Counted from the first letter of the stretch, positions 11,338-21,497 are shown. The stretch: 44,350 bases of DNA from an uncultured Saprospiraceae bacterium (GCA_938039305.1 CALHUZ010000537.1:1-44350); one strand, 5' to 3'. Numbers and translations: made by a program. Notes: a model not told the origin generated them from the sequence alone.

Positions 11338-13086
11338 GTGAGTAAACATCGATTGTTCTTTTTGGGAGCTATGACAATGGGCCTGGCCAGTTGCATGTAC
11401 TTTAATAGCTGCACGGTAAAAAATGAAGCTTTCGCAAAAAGTATCAATGCGGATCGTCCGAACATCTTATGGTTGGTAGCGGAAGACTTGGGTCCATATT
11501 TACCACCATTTGGAGATTCTACCATTACAACACCAAATCTTAGTCGATTAGCAGAAGAAGGAGTTGTCTATCCAAATTTGTTCTCTACTTCAGGAGTCTG
11601 CGCTCCGAGCAGAGCAGCTATAGCTACAGGAATGTATCCATCTAGTATCGGCGCTAATCATATGCGTACCAATAGCAATATGGATGAAACTGGTCTGCCG
11701 GCTTATGAAGCTGTTCCTGGCGCTGAGGTAAAGATGGTTAGTGAATTACTTAGGAGGCAAGGTTATTATTGCACAAATAATTATAAAGAGGATTATCAAT
11801 TTAAAGCGCCGGTAACGGCCTGGGATGAAAGTGGGCCATATGCTCATTGGAAAAACCGAAAATCAAATCAGCCATTTTTTTCAATTTTCAATTTTACAGA
11901 AACACACGAATCGGGATTGTTCGAGCCTTATGGACATAGGCATATTGAAACTCGACACCATCATCCAGGAGACACTAGCTACACTTGGGAGCCAGGTAGG
12001 ATGACTGAAGAAGAAACACCTGTACACCTTCCAAAAGGTACTAACTTTTCAATTCCTCCCTACCTACCGGACAATGAAGTTGTACAAAACGATATGTGGA
12101 AGCTTTATAATAATATAGCTGAAATGGACAAGCAACTGGGGGCAGTTTTGAAGCAGTTGGAAAATGATGGCTTATTGGAAAATACGATCATCTTTTTTTA
12201 CGGCGACCATGGAGGCCCCTTACCGCGACAAAAACGGCTGATTTACGATACAGGGTTGAATACACCGATGATTATTCGTTTTCCTGGCAAAGAAAAGTCA
12301 GGAACAATAGACGAACAGTTAGTGAGTTTTATAGATTTCGCTCCGACACTTTTATCATTGGTGGGTGTCATCCCTCCATCCTACATACAAGGTCAAGCTT
12401 TTTTAGGTTTCTATAAGAGCAAGAATGAAAGAAAATATATACATGCAGCGGCAGATCGATTTGACGAAGTCACAGATGTTATTCGCGCTGTAAGAGATAA
12501 TCAGTATAAGTATATTAGAAACTATCGGCCTGATGCGCCTTTTTACTTACCTCTTAATTATAGAGAACAAATTCCAACCATGCAAGAGTTATTGCGACTA
12601 AGGGATGAAGGTCAATTGGATGATATACAAATGCAGTGGTTCAGAGCAAGAAAACCTGTAGAAGAATTATTTGATTGTCGAAGGGACCCTCATGAACTTG
12701 AGAACATCGCTAACAGTCCAGCGTACAAAGAAAAGCTTCAAGCGCTCAGAAATGAGATGGATCAATGGTTAGAAGCGATTGGAGATCAGCCAAATTTTCC
12801 TGAGCAGGAATTAATCACCCAACTTTGGGGTGGCCGTACAACTCAGCCTGTTACTGCACAACCAGTTATCGAAATGGCAAACAAGAAGATTAAAATCACG
12901 TGTGCTTCACAGGGCGCTTCGATAGGGTATAGGGTAATCAAAAAGGATGGTGATCTACCCAAAGGTTGGACGATTTACACAGAGCCTATAGACATACCGA
13001 ACGATTCTAAGATTTTAGTTCAGGCACATCGCATCGGATACAAAGTGAGTAATATAGAAGAAGTAGAAACAGATATATTTTACTAA
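11338..13086 (+). CDS. S1 sulfatase (formylglycine-dependent)
   Basis: PNILWLVAEDLGP, SGVCAPSRAAIATGMYPSSIGANHMR and YGDHGGPLPRQKR. GTG start in the ORF track; Met codons 11 and 13 residues downstream (MTMG) are alternative starts. Confidence 0.9.
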   Translation: MSKHRLFFLGAMTMGLASCMYFNSCTVKNEAFAKSINADRPNILWLVAEDLGPYLPPFGDSTITTPNLSRLAEEGVVYPNLFSTSGVCAPSRAAIATGMYPSSIGANHMRTNSNMDETGLPAYEAVPGAEVKMVSELLRRQGYYCTNNYKEDYQFKAPVTAWDESGPYAHWKNRKSNQPFFSIFNFTETHESGLFEPYGHRHIETRHHHPGDTSYTWEPGRMTEEETPVHLPKGTNFSIPPYLPDNEVVQNDMWKLYNNIAEMDKQLGAVLKQLENDGLLENTIIFFYGDHGGPLPRQKRLIYDTGLNTPMIIRFPGKEKSGTIDEQLVSFIDFAPTLLSLVGVIPPSYIQGQAFLGFYKSKNERKYIHAAADRFDEVTDVIRAVRDNQYKYIRNYRPDAPFYLPLNYREQIPTMQELLRLRDEGQLDDIQMQWFRARKPVEELFDCRRDPHELENIANSPAYKEKLQALRNEMDQWLEAIGDQPNFPEQELITQLWGGRTTQPVTAQPVIEMANKKIKITCASQGASIGYRVIKKDGDLPKGWTIYTEPIDIPNDSKILVQAHRIGYKVSNIEEVETDIFY

Positions 13087-13140
13087 AAAAAGTCTAAGAC
13101 TATCATCGAGATCATCTGTACCTCATTAATTAGAATAACT

Positions 13141-13455
13141 ATGCAGCGACTTGCTTTTAAAATGAAATTAAACCCGGGACAAAAAAATACTTACACGAAG
13201 AGGCATAATGAACTATGGCCTGAGTTAAGACAGCTACTAAAAGGTAATGGCGTGAGTGAGTATTCGATTTTTTTAGATGAAGAGACCAATACACTATTTG
13301 CATTTCAAAAAATATCTGGAGAAGGAGGATCTCAGGATCTGGCTGATAATGAAATTGTACAGAAATGGTGGGATTTTATGGCAGACATTATGGAGGTAAA
13401 TCCGGATAATTCTCCAATTTCAATTCCATTGGAAGAGGTGTTTTATATGCCATAG
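13141..13455 (+). CDS. rhaM: L-rhamnose mutarotase
   Basis: 104 aa. The N-terminus (MQRLAFKMKLNPGQ...YTKRHNELWPEL...GVSEYSIF) matches the RhaM/YiiL family in pattern and size. Confidence 0.85.
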   Translation: MQRLAFKMKLNPGQKNTYTKRHNELWPELRQLLKGNGVSEYSIFLDEETNTLFAFQKISGEGGSQDLADNEIVQKWWDFMADIMEVNPDNSPISIPLEEVFYMP

Positions 13456-13474
13456 AATCCGATAGTCCTCAGTC

Positions 13475-13490
13475 AACGGACAGTACAGGA
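13475..13490 (+). promoter_or_regulatory. Site C of the recurrent direct-repeat element (AACGGA-cagt-ACAGGA)
   Basis: Ends 70 nt before the ATG at 13560. A -7-like box TATATTTT at 13511-13518 lies 20 nt downstream. An extra GATAGT lies at 13461-13466. Confidence 0.55.
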
Positions 13491-13559
13491 TAGAGTCAAT
13501 TCCTAAACTCTATATTTTTAAGGACACCATAAGATTTTCAAGAAATAGAGTTAAATCAC

Positions 13560-15470
13560 ATGAAAAGACGTTCATTCATGCACTTGTCGGCAACTGGAAG
13601 TATGGCTGTCATGCTTCCGCTAAATGCATGTCGGGGTGACCTACATGACCATGGCGATATGGAGAACTTGACGGCTTTTCAAGCTGATTCGTTAAACCTG
13701 TTGACAACATGGTGTGATGCTATGATAAGAGATCAGGTAGATAATCCAAGTGATCCTGAGCAGCATGGTGCATTGTATTGTCATGCCTGTGGACTCATAC
13801 ATGGAAGGTGTCCTGATTCTGTTTATCCATTTTTATATATGGCCGATCATACAGGAGATCAGAAATATTTGGATGCTGCTATCAAGGTGATGGAGTGGTC
13901 AGTAAATGTTGACAAACCCGATGGAAGCTGGACGGTTGTGCCTAATCCAAAATCCTGGAATGGGACAACAGTTTTTGGAGCTATCGCTTTGGGTGAAGCC
14001 TTACATCACCATGGACATGTGCTCCCTGAAGTATTGAAGAAAAAATGGGAAGAACGGCTAAAAAGAGCCATCGAATTTGTGTACAACCGGTTCGACATGA
14101 ACTTCAGCCACATCAATTATAGGTTCACGGCTATTTATGCTTTGAATTTTCTTGGTAGATATTTCAATGAAGAAAAATACATCAAGAGAAGTAGGGAATT
14201 TGCTGCTGACATACCTAAGTGGTTAACTGAGCCCAATAAACTAATTTTTGGCGAAGACAGTCCAGACGATGAAAAAAGTGCAAAGGGGCTTTACCCAGTG
14301 GACCTTGGATATAACGTTGAAGAATCATTGAATGGAGTAGTACAGTTTGCTGTATTAGAAAAAGATGAATCCCTATTAGCTCTTTTAACGAGTGCACTGA
14401 ATGGTCATCTTGAATTTATGTTGCCAGACGGCGCATGGGACAATAGTTGGGGCACACGACAAAACAAATGGACTTATTGGGGCAGTAGAACTACAGATGG
14501 TTGTCAACCAGCATTTACATTAATGGCAGATAGAAATCCTGCTTTTGGTACTGCAGCTGTTCTAAATACAGAGTTGCTACAACGATGTACAGTTAATGGC
14601 CTATTGGCGGGTGGACTTCATTATGAAAGCTATGGTGAAGTCCCTTGTATACATCATACTTTTGCACATGCAAAGAGCTTAGCCTTTGTATTAGACCACA
14701 AGGATGTTCTAAAAAAAATCAATAAAGAGATACCGATACCACGAAGCACCGATGATGGAATAAAGTATTTTCCTGAGTTGGATGTTTGGCTTGGAGCAAG
14801 AGGCCCATGGAGATGTACTGTGTCTTCCTATGACCAGGTCTGGAAAAAGAAATACTCTGTACCTGGAATTGGAGGTTCTCTCTCTGTCCTTTGGCATGAA
14901 AAAGTAGGACCTCTTTTCACTGCAAGTATGGCAGAATATATAGAAGTAGAACCTTATAATCAACAACCACAACCTGGTGAAGACTTTTGTTTGACTCCAC
15001 GTGTGGAAAGGTATGTGGGCGATACATGGTACACAAGTGCTCACGATCTTACGGCTGAGGTAAAATATATCGATACAGAGAATGCGGTTTTATTTGATGT
15101 GGATGTGGTATTGACTGATAGGGAAAAGAAATCAGCCAAAGACAATAGTGAATTTAAAATGCAATATGCCATCGGCACAGATATTACAATTATAAAAGCG
15201 ACAAGGAATAAGCCATCAACTAATGGAGATACATTGGTCTTGCCTCTGATATCGCCATCCCATGACGAAGTCAAGATGATATCCAATACTCAACTTTCAA
15301 TAAAAAAGGACAATTGTACGGTAGTCGTAGAGTCGTCGGTTCCCATGTCGATAAAGCCTACCAAAAAAAGTCGAGTTTTCAATCAAGTGCCGGGAGTAGA
15401 AGTGGTGCCAATCATGGTGGTATTTCCAAAAGATACAGTTGAAGTGTCCTGCTCGATTAGGGTAGTCTAA
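13560..15470 (+). CDS. Hypothetical Tat-signal protein; helical-repeat N-domain plus beta-rich C-domain (family not recognised)
   Basis: The N-terminus MKRRSFMHLSATGSMAVMLPLNAC has a twin-arginine motif. aa ~40-400 show paired-helix repeats with DGSW / DGAWDNSWG loops, as in (alpha/alpha)6 toroids. aa ~420-636 are beta-strand-like. A Cys/His cluster CHACGLIHGRC lies at nt 13779-13811. It lies immediately upstream (61-nt gap) of a GH78 gene, consistent with co-transcription from site C. Confidence 0.6.
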   Translation: MKRRSFMHLSATGSMAVMLPLNACRGDLHDHGDMENLTAFQADSLNLLTTWCDAMIRDQVDNPSDPEQHGALYCHACGLIHGRCPDSVYPFLYMADHTGDQKYLDAAIKVMEWSVNVDKPDGSWTVVPNPKSWNGTTVFGAIALGEALHHHGHVLPEVLKKKWEERLKRAIEFVYNRFDMNFSHINYRFTAIYALNFLGRYFNEEKYIKRSREFAADIPKWLTEPNKLIFGEDSPDDEKSAKGLYPVDLGYNVEESLNGVVQFAVLEKDESLLALLTSALNGHLEFMLPDGAWDNSWGTRQNKWTYWGSRTTDGCQPAFTLMADRNPAFGTAAVLNTELLQRCTVNGLLAGGLHYESYGEVPCIHHTFAHAKSLAFVLDHKDVLKKINKEIPIPRSTDDGIKYFPELDVWLGARGPWRCTVSSYDQVWKKKYSVPGIGGSLSVLWHEKVGPLFTASMAEYIEVEPYNQQPQPGEDFCLTPRVERYVGDTWYTSAHDLTAEVKYIDTENAVLFDVDVVLTDREKKSAKDNSEFKMQYAIGTDITIIKATRNKPSTNGDTLVLPLISPSHDEVKMISNTQLSIKKDNCTVVVESSVPMSIKPTKKSRVFNQVPGVEVVPIMVVFPKDTVEVSCSIRVV

Positions 15471-15531
15471 TTGAGGGGCTTTTGCTGTATAAAAGACATT
15501 ATGTGGTAATTAAATTTTAAAGTAAAATTCT

Positions 15532-18399
15532 ATGAAACATATAATAAAGTCTTTTCTCCTATTGACGACTTTTCTATTGATAGGTTCTTGTGCTCATACT
15601 AACAGAGATGGTGACAACTCAGTACTTGTCTTTGAAACATTGAACTGTGAGTCACAGCAGAATCCAATGGCAATAGAGAATACTCAGCCTCGATTTTCAT
15701 GGAAAGTGAACTCGTCGGGCTACAATAAAATGCAATCAGCATATCAGATCCTCGTAGCTTCAGATCCATCCCTGCTAAATGAAGACCATGCAAATCTATG
15801 GGATTCTAAAAAAGTATCCAGCGATAAATCGATCTATAATTCATATAAAGGGGCTGCCTTAGAACCCAAGGGAATATACTGGTGGAAAGTGCGCATCTGG
15901 GATGAAAATGAAAAGGTGTCTTCATGGTCTGAGGTGCAGTCTTTTGAGATGGGCTTGATGGATGAGTCTCAGTGGAAAGACGCTAAATGGATCAGTTTAA
16001 AAAAGGATAATCGCACATCAGAGCATAGATTCAGAGAATATAAAACAGGCAAGATGGATGAACCAACTTTGGTAACCAGCCAGCCGACAGGGTATTTTAG
16101 AAATACCATTCATTCTAATAAAAAGATCGAAAAAGCGCGTGCCTATATCTGTGGATTAGGCTACTATGAACTCTATATAAATGGAGAAAAGACAGGAGAT
16201 CAGGTGCTGGACCCTGCACCGTCTAACTATGATAAACAGGCTTACTACGTCAGCTATGACGTAAGTGATCAAATCCTAAAAGGAGAGAATGCGGTTGGAA
16301 TAATAATGGGTAATGGGTTTTATGGACAAGATATTTCATGGAAAAGAAATCCTGAATCTGAGCGCGATCTTTCTTTTGGCGCCCCTTCGGTCCGACTGTT
16401 AATAGAACTTCAATATTATGACGGGACTTCTGAGTCGTATACCACTGACGATACCTGGAAAGAATCAACTGGACCTATCGTATTTGATAATATCTACGGA
16501 GGTGACACCTACGATGCTCGATACGAGATGATAGGATGGGATGAGATCGGATATGATGATAGTGAATGGGGTACTGTGAAAACCGTCATCCCGAAGCTTA
16601 CTAAGATCAGTAGCCAACAGATGCCTCCCATCCGAAAGCTAAAAGAACTATCTCCCCAAAAAGTATTCAAGTCATCGAGGGGTAATTGGGTTGTTGATTT
16701 TGGGCAAAACATCGCAGGCTGGGTACGTATCAATGTGCAAGAAGAAGAAGGTCAAGTAATACAAATGATACCGACAGAAGCGCTTACACAGAGTGGCGAT
16801 GACATCTATCCGGGATCAACAGGAGGAGGGGCTAATGGAATGAAACAACTCCTCAAATATGTATGTAAAGGATCAGAATTAGAAACTTGGGAACCCAAGT
16901 TTAGTTATCATGGATTTCGGTATGTAGAAATCACCGGTATATCATCGGCGCCAGATGCTACAACCATCAAGGCCATATTGGTAGCTAACGATGTTGAGCA
17001 TAAGGGAGACTTCGATTGTTCTGATCCACTACTAAATAAAATGCATGATATCAGTATTTGGACAATTGTAGATAATCTGCACGGCATCCCAGAGGATTGT
17101 CCTCATCGTGAAAAATGTGGTTGGTTGGGCGATGCTCATGCTTTCTGTGAGTACGCCCTGTACAATTTTGAAATGAAGACCTTCTATGAAAAATATATGG
17201 AAGATATCCGTACGCAAATGCTAATAGTGCAGGGTAATGATGGTTCGAACGTCGACTATAAAGTCCCTACGATGATAGCCCCGGGGAAGCGTACATCGTC
17301 GATAGCTAAACTGGACTGGGGCATCGCTACAATCTACTTACCCTGGTATAATTATCTCTATTATGGTGATTCTACAGTCGTCATGGAATACTACGAGGAA
17401 ATGAAAGGGCTAACCGACTATTACCTCACTTTCAAGGATGAGCGAGGTATCATTGATAATGGGATGGGGGACTGGTGCCCACCAAGGTGGGATAGAAGAA
17501 AAAACCCAAGTGCAATGGAGTGTCATCCCGTAGTCTCGGCAAATGCATACTTCAATGACATCCTCGGCATCATGCAAAAGTTTGCGATTATGAATAAAGA
17601 TGTGGACTATGCTGCTAAGATGGCGTCGGAGCAACAAGATCTCTTTGAGGCATTTAATAAAGAATACCTCTCAATTATTGACGAAACAAACTACAAGTGG
17701 TATGGTAGTCAGACGGCTACCGTAATGGCGCTACAGTTTGACATGGTTCCAGAGGAGGATAATCAAGCCGTCATAGAAGGTTTAGCTCATGATATCCAGA
17801 GCATCAAGAAAGGCCATCACTCCACAGGCATTCATGGTAATCGATATATCTATACCGTGCTGACCGCCCATGACAAGGGTGATATCGCTCATGATATCTT
17901 GACTACACCAGACTTTCCAAGTCAGACATATGTGATGAACTATGGATTTACTACATGGCCGGAGCGACAGTTTGAATGGGCAGAGGTAGACGAGCTCACT
18001 AATTCACTCAATCATCCTATGCACAGTGGTTTTGCTGCATACTTCTATGAATCATTAGTAGGGATCAAACCTCAGTATGATTCACCAGGATATAAAAGGT
18101 TCAGTGTTCACCCTCAGTTTCCTAATCAGATCCGTCACGTCACGGCTTTGATCCCTACGCCTTATGGTGACATTGACTGTAAGTGGGAAAAAGAGAAGGA
18201 TGAATTCGCTATGGACTTAAAAGTTCCATTCAATACTGTGGCTGAGGTGCGTATGTCATCACAAGAAAAGGAGACCCTTGTGATTAATGACTTGCCTTGG
18301 GCCGAATTTATAGCTGCTGAAGGTATGTCGAATACTAATGCCTCAACGATAAGTCTCGGATCAGGTAGTTACGACATTCGCTATAAGGTGTTAGACTGA
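15532..18399 (+). CDS. GH78 alpha-L-rhamnosidase
   Basis: [25 protein letters not shown], the catalytic-domain signature EDCPHREKCGWLGDAHAF, and a typical C-terminal beta domain. Signal peptide with GSC. Confidence 0.92.
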   Translation: MKHIIKSFLLLTTFLLIGSCAHTNRDGDNSVLVFETLNCESQQNPMAIENTQPRFSWKVNSSGYNKMQSAYQILVASDPSLLNEDHANLWDSKKVSSDKSIYNSYKGAALEPKGIYWWKVRIWDENEKVSSWSEVQSFEMGLMDESQWKDAKWISLKKDNRTSEHRFREYKTGKMDEPTLVTSQPTGYFRNTIHSNKKIEKARAYICGLGYYELYINGEKTGDQVLDPAPSNYDKQAYYVSYDVSDQILKGENAVGIIMGNGFYGQDISWKRNPESERDLSFGAPSVRLLIELQYYDGTSESYTTDDTWKESTGPIVFDNIYGGDTYDARYEMIGWDEIGYDDSEWGTVKTVIPKLTKISSQQMPPIRKLKELSPQKVFKSSRGNWVVDFGQNIAGWVRINVQEEEGQVIQMIPTEALTQSGDDIYPGSTGGGANGMKQLLKYVCKGSELETWEPKFSYHGFRYVEITGISSAPDATTIKAILVANDVEHKGDFDCSDPLLNKMHDISIWTIVDNLHGIPEDCPHREKCGWLGDAHAFCEYALYNFEMKTFYEKYMEDIRTQMLIVQGNDGSNVDYKVPTMIAPGKRTSSIAKLDWGIATIYLPWYNYLYYGDSTVVMEYYEEMKGLTDYYLTFKDERGIIDNGMGDWCPPRWDRRKNPSAMECHPVVSANAYFNDILGIMQKFAIMNKDVDYAAKMASEQQDLFEAFNKEYLSIIDETNYKWYGSQTATVMALQFDMVPEEDNQAVIEGLAHDIQSIKKGHHSTGIHGNRYIYTVLTAHDKGDIAHDILTTPDFPSQTYVMNYGFTTWPERQFEWAEVDELTNSLNHPMHSGFAAYFYESLVGIKPQYDSPGYKRFSVHPQFPNQIRHVTALIPTPYGDIDCKWEKEKDEFAMDLKVPFNTVAEVRMSSQEKETLVINDLPWAEFIAAEGMSNTNASTISLGSGSYDIRYKVLD

Positions 18400-18465
18400 T
18401 CAGATCTTTCCTATTTGTTGTGGTATGAAGCAGCGATTATGGAGTATCGCTATATATCAAATAGT

Positions 18466-19425
18466 CTATTTTTCTACTTTCTCATAGGTAGTATTGGCCC
18501 ACCGTATCTGTGCTCGCCCTCCTTTGACACGATATGCACCGTATCTGATGCCAGATTGTATGCCCTTTTCGGGTTCAGGGATATCCCATCTATACTCCTC
18601 ACCTCCGATGATTGCATCGGCATAGTGTATCTTTTTAGATGTATCCGTAGAGTCTACTCTGAAGCCTACCTTGAGCTCTACATCCACGCAGAGTCCTTTT
18701 TTGATATTGGTGAGAAAGACTACCTCGCGGCCATCCTTTCCTTCTCCACCTCGATAGTTTATTTGCTCTCGATATAGATCAAATGATACTTGTTCATCTT
18801 TAGTCTCTTCGGTGTCACCATAGACAGGTTTAGCCAGATAGAGACAGATCGCAGGATCTGGAGATCCACCTCCCCCTGTATGTTTTCCTTTAGCCTGCAT
18901 GATATAGGAGCCATCGTTGTTCGTGTTATTAGTTTTACCAGTCTCGAGTATGCGTACTGTACCTGTGAAATGTGCATAGCTTCCTATCTCTGCAGATTGA
19001 GATCGGGACAGTGATCTTTCTATCCGAGGCTGCAGGCTATTGTTATCTTGATTATTAGATCCATCTGTGATGTTGTAGACGCCCCAGATGGTTTCTCCTA
19101 TTGATATTTCACTGTAGTTAGCATAGCAGCTTCTGTCATCTATGGTGCCCACATTGCTGGGGGCAGAGATGTCTGTAGCTCTCACTGCATTAGCGCCCTC
19201 GGGAGTGCAGGTCTCATATGTGCCGATGAGCTCATCTGCTACGTATACACCATTCTCTTTTGTGCTTGGAGGGGTTTGATCTTCCTGTTCCATTTCGTCA
19301 TCTTGGTCTGATGAGGGGGCGTTATCCATCATAATATCATCGTCATCGGTACATGATATGAAGCTAGAGATTAGTAGCGCTGCGAGTAGGCAGAGAGTGA
19401 TGCTATGGGCTTGTGATATTTTCAT
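18466..19425 (-). CDS. Hypothetical surface lipoprotein; beta-jelly-roll-like, candidate polysaccharide lyase or binding protein (family not recognised)
   Basis: Lipobox FISC (Cys codon 19351-19353) followed by the acidic tract [25 protein letters not shown]. The body has spaced motifs loosely like PL7/alginate_lyase2-type jelly rolls: [28 protein letters not shown]. The three + strand ORFs overlapping it are shorter and have no recognisable features. Confidence 0.6.
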   Translation of the reverse strand: MKISQAHSITLCLLAALLISSFISCTDDDDIMMDNAPSSDQDDEMEQEDQTPPSTKENGVYVADELIGTYETCTPEGANAVRATDISAPSNVGTIDDRSCYANYSEISIGETIWGVYNITDGSNNQDNNSLQPRIERSLSRSQSAEIGSYAHFTGTVRILETGKTNNTNNDGSYIMQAKGKHTGGGGSPDPAICLYLAKPVYGDTEETKDEQVSFDLYREQINYRGGEGKDGREVVFLTNIKKGLCVDVELKVGFRVDSTDTSKKIHYADAIIGGEEYRWDIPEPEKGIQSGIRYGAYRVKGGRAQIRWANTTYEKVEK

Positions 19426-19805
19426 GTTTTGTTATTTGGTTATGGCTTCTCTATATATTGTGATGGTAGACCATCGCCTTTAGTCAAATCGGACCGATAA
19501 TGCCAGATACAGTAACAGTAACAAAGATTGATAAATGTTTAAAACGATACTTTTATTGATACATGAGCACTTTTTTGAAACCAGATTATAAGGTATAAGG
19601 AAAGAATCGTCAGTCTTTGTTGATTTCAATCGGTAGCCTAATTGTGATCACCTATTCAAATTTGATGACTTCATATGATGCTTCATTTGGAAAAGTATCT
19701 ATAAATTTTAAAACGTTGTTAATGACATACTTTTAAGTTAATGCCACAACCTCCATTTGGTAAATTTGCATTTAGATAATTATTTGTAGAGTAATAAAAC
19801 AGCTT

Positions 19806-19832
19806 AAAAAGGCATGCAGACTTGTGTCTGCA
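19806..19832 (-). terminator. Candidate rho-independent terminator downstream of susD
   Basis: On the minus strand, stem TGCAGAC/GTCTGCA (19815-19821 with 19826-19832), 4-nt loop, then TGCC and TTTTT (19806-19810). It lies about 110 nt after the susD stop. Confidence 0.4.
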
Positions 19833-19943
19833 CACCTTTCGTATGAAAAAACTATCTACTTTCTTGTGGAACCTATTATTTCTTGGGTCACGTAAATTAG
19901 TCAAATCACTCTTTTATACAATGTTCATTGCACGTAACAAATC

Positions 19944-21497
19944 TTAATAGCCTGGATTTTGTGTCAAATTTGGATTTAATTGCAACTCATTTAAAGGAAT
20001 TGGCAGCAAAACGTGATAGTCTTTTATATTCTCGTTTGGAGCATAGGTTTTAAATTTAGCGTTGCGAACAACGTCCAAATAAATACCCCATCTGATTAAA
20101 TCGTATCTTCTTGTTGCCTCAGCTGCTAACTCCCATTTTCGCTCGTCGTAAATAGCTTCCCTGAAGCCTTGTTGGTCAAGTCCTGTCAAATCCCATTCAT
20201 CTTGAGTTTCATAGGCACGTTGCCTGATCGGATGAATATATTGGTAAGCCCCATCAGGTCCATTCAATTCGTTTTCGCACTCTGCTGCCATTAAATAGAC
20301 ATCACCAAGTCTAAATACCAATCTATTATCTCCGTGATTGAAACGAGGCGAAGTCTCAAAATTAAGGGACATAAATTTAGGCATGTAGGTATGATTCAAT
20401 TCGAAACCCGCATACGAATCCATAATGTTTAATGGTCTTCGTAGATCATTAGTGGGGAATTTCTCATAAAAATCTACTGATGCTATCTGCAGTCCAGTGC
20501 CATTAAACTCCTGTCCATTGTCTCTTAGGGCAGTTCTTAAAGGGCCCCTATCTGCTGCATTTGCCGGTTCGTCTCTAATACGTGGGTTGAAGAGACTTGG
20601 TCTCCAATAATTATTTCCTGCAAATGAACGACCTGGGAAAGCCGGCTCGAATTGACCTGTAATATCCTTAGCAAAATCTAAAGACCATATAATTTCTGCA
20701 TTGTATTCATTGGCCGGATCAAAAACTTCAGCATAAGTTGGAAGTAACTCGTGCGGTGACCCATTAATGATTTCTAAACATTTGCTTAGACCAGCTTGCC
20801 AATTTTGATCTGCCATATGAATTTTTGCTTCAATTATCGCTGCTGCCCATTTAGTGGCCCTACCTCTATTCTCAGTCGTATTAACAGATGGCAGGTTGTT
20901 TTGCGCAAACGTCAAGTCGTCCAATACACTGTCTATAATTACATCCTTACTGGTTCTTCCCAGTTCTGCAATTTCATTTAAGGTCAATAGTTCATTGTAA
21001 AATGGTGCGTCACCCCAAAGATTTGTTATATGCCAATAGGACAATGCACGCAAAAATCTAGCCTGAGCTATAACATCGGCCTGAACATCTTGTGAGATGT
21101 CCTGATTGCCGTCCACTCTATCAATAATAACATTGGCATTTAGGATAACTCTATATAAATTTTGCCATGTATCCGAAACACTCATTAATTGGTTCGAGGC
21201 ATCGGCAGTAACTGCACTTAAAGTATAATTCCCCATCACCTCAAATATTGGATGAGTTCGATTTGGTTCTATAATATCGACTCCGTTATCATACCAATTG
21301 TCTAACCCCGCTTGCCCATAGATAGAGTTGTTTTTAATTACAGAATATACACCCGTTATGGCTTGATTTGCATCCGCATCGCTAGTGAAAAAGTTTTCTG
21401 GAGCAATAATGTTTCGTGGTTCTTCCTCTAAAAAATCTTCACAACCAATCAATGTGATTATTAGGAAGACGTACAGAAATATGTTGTGTGTTTTCAT
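19944..21497 (-). CDS. susD: SusD/RagB-family outer-membrane glycan-binding lipoprotein
   Basis: Lipobox LIGC followed by the acidic EDFLEEE. SusD-like TPR-rich N-half (RFLRALSYWHITNLWGDAPF) and C-terminal YDERKWELAAEATRRYDLIRWG. Immediately downstream of susC. Confidence 0.9.
   Translation of the reverse strand: MKTHNIFLYVFLIITLIGCEDFLEEEPRNIIAPENFFTSDADANQAITGVYSVIKNNSIYGQAGLDNWYDNGVDIIEPNRTHPIFEVMGNYTLSAVTADASNQLMSVSDTWQNLYRVILNANVIIDRVDGNQDISQDVQADVIAQARFLRALSYWHITNLWGDAPFYNELLTLNEIAELGRTSKDVIIDSVLDDLTFAQNNLPSVNTTENRGRATKWAAAIIEAKIHMADQNWQAGLSKCLEIINGSPHELLPTYAEVFDPANEYNAEIIWSLDFAKDITGQFEPAFPGRSFAGNNYWRPSLFNPRIRDEPANAADRGPLRTALRDNGQEFNGTGLQIASVDFYEKFPTNDLRRPLNIMDSYAGFELNHTYMPKFMSLNFETSPRFNHGDNRLVFRLGDVYLMAAECENELNGPDGAYQYIHPIRQRAYETQDEWDLTGLDQQGFREAIYDERKWELAAEATRRYDLIRWGIYLDVVRNAKFKTYAPNENIKDYHVLLPIPLNELQLNPNLTQNPGY

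Noticed and set aside
18432-18451. Hairpin AGCGAT-N8-ATCGCT between the convergent GH78 and lipoprotein genes
   Set aside because: Only a 6-bp stem with an 8-nt loop and no U-tract on either strand. Too weak to call a bidirectional terminator.
18415-19014. Three + strand or alternative-frame ORFs (18415-18777, 18759-18977, 18790-19014) overlapping the 319-aa minus-strand lipoprotein gene
   Set aside because: They are short, lack start context, signal peptide or any motif, and have low-complexity Cys/Phe/Ile-rich translations typical of antisense frames. The minus-strand ORF is longer and has a clean lipoprotein signal.
19503-19526. CCAGATACAGTAACAGTAACAAAG, a possible seventh, degenerate copy of the regulon repeat upstream of the 18466-19425 lipoprotein
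   Set aside because: It shares only ACAGTA units and lacks the GGA core. It also points away from the downstream minus-strand gene, unlike the six clear sites. It is kept only as something a PWM scan should re-evaluate.
19719-19904. 61-aa minus-strand ORF in the 518-bp gap between susD and the lipoprotein gene
   Set aside because: It has no motifs and a basic, low-complexity translation, and it overlaps the terminator-like hairpin. It is probably non-coding spacer. A small RNA cannot be excluded, but nothing in the sequence supports one.
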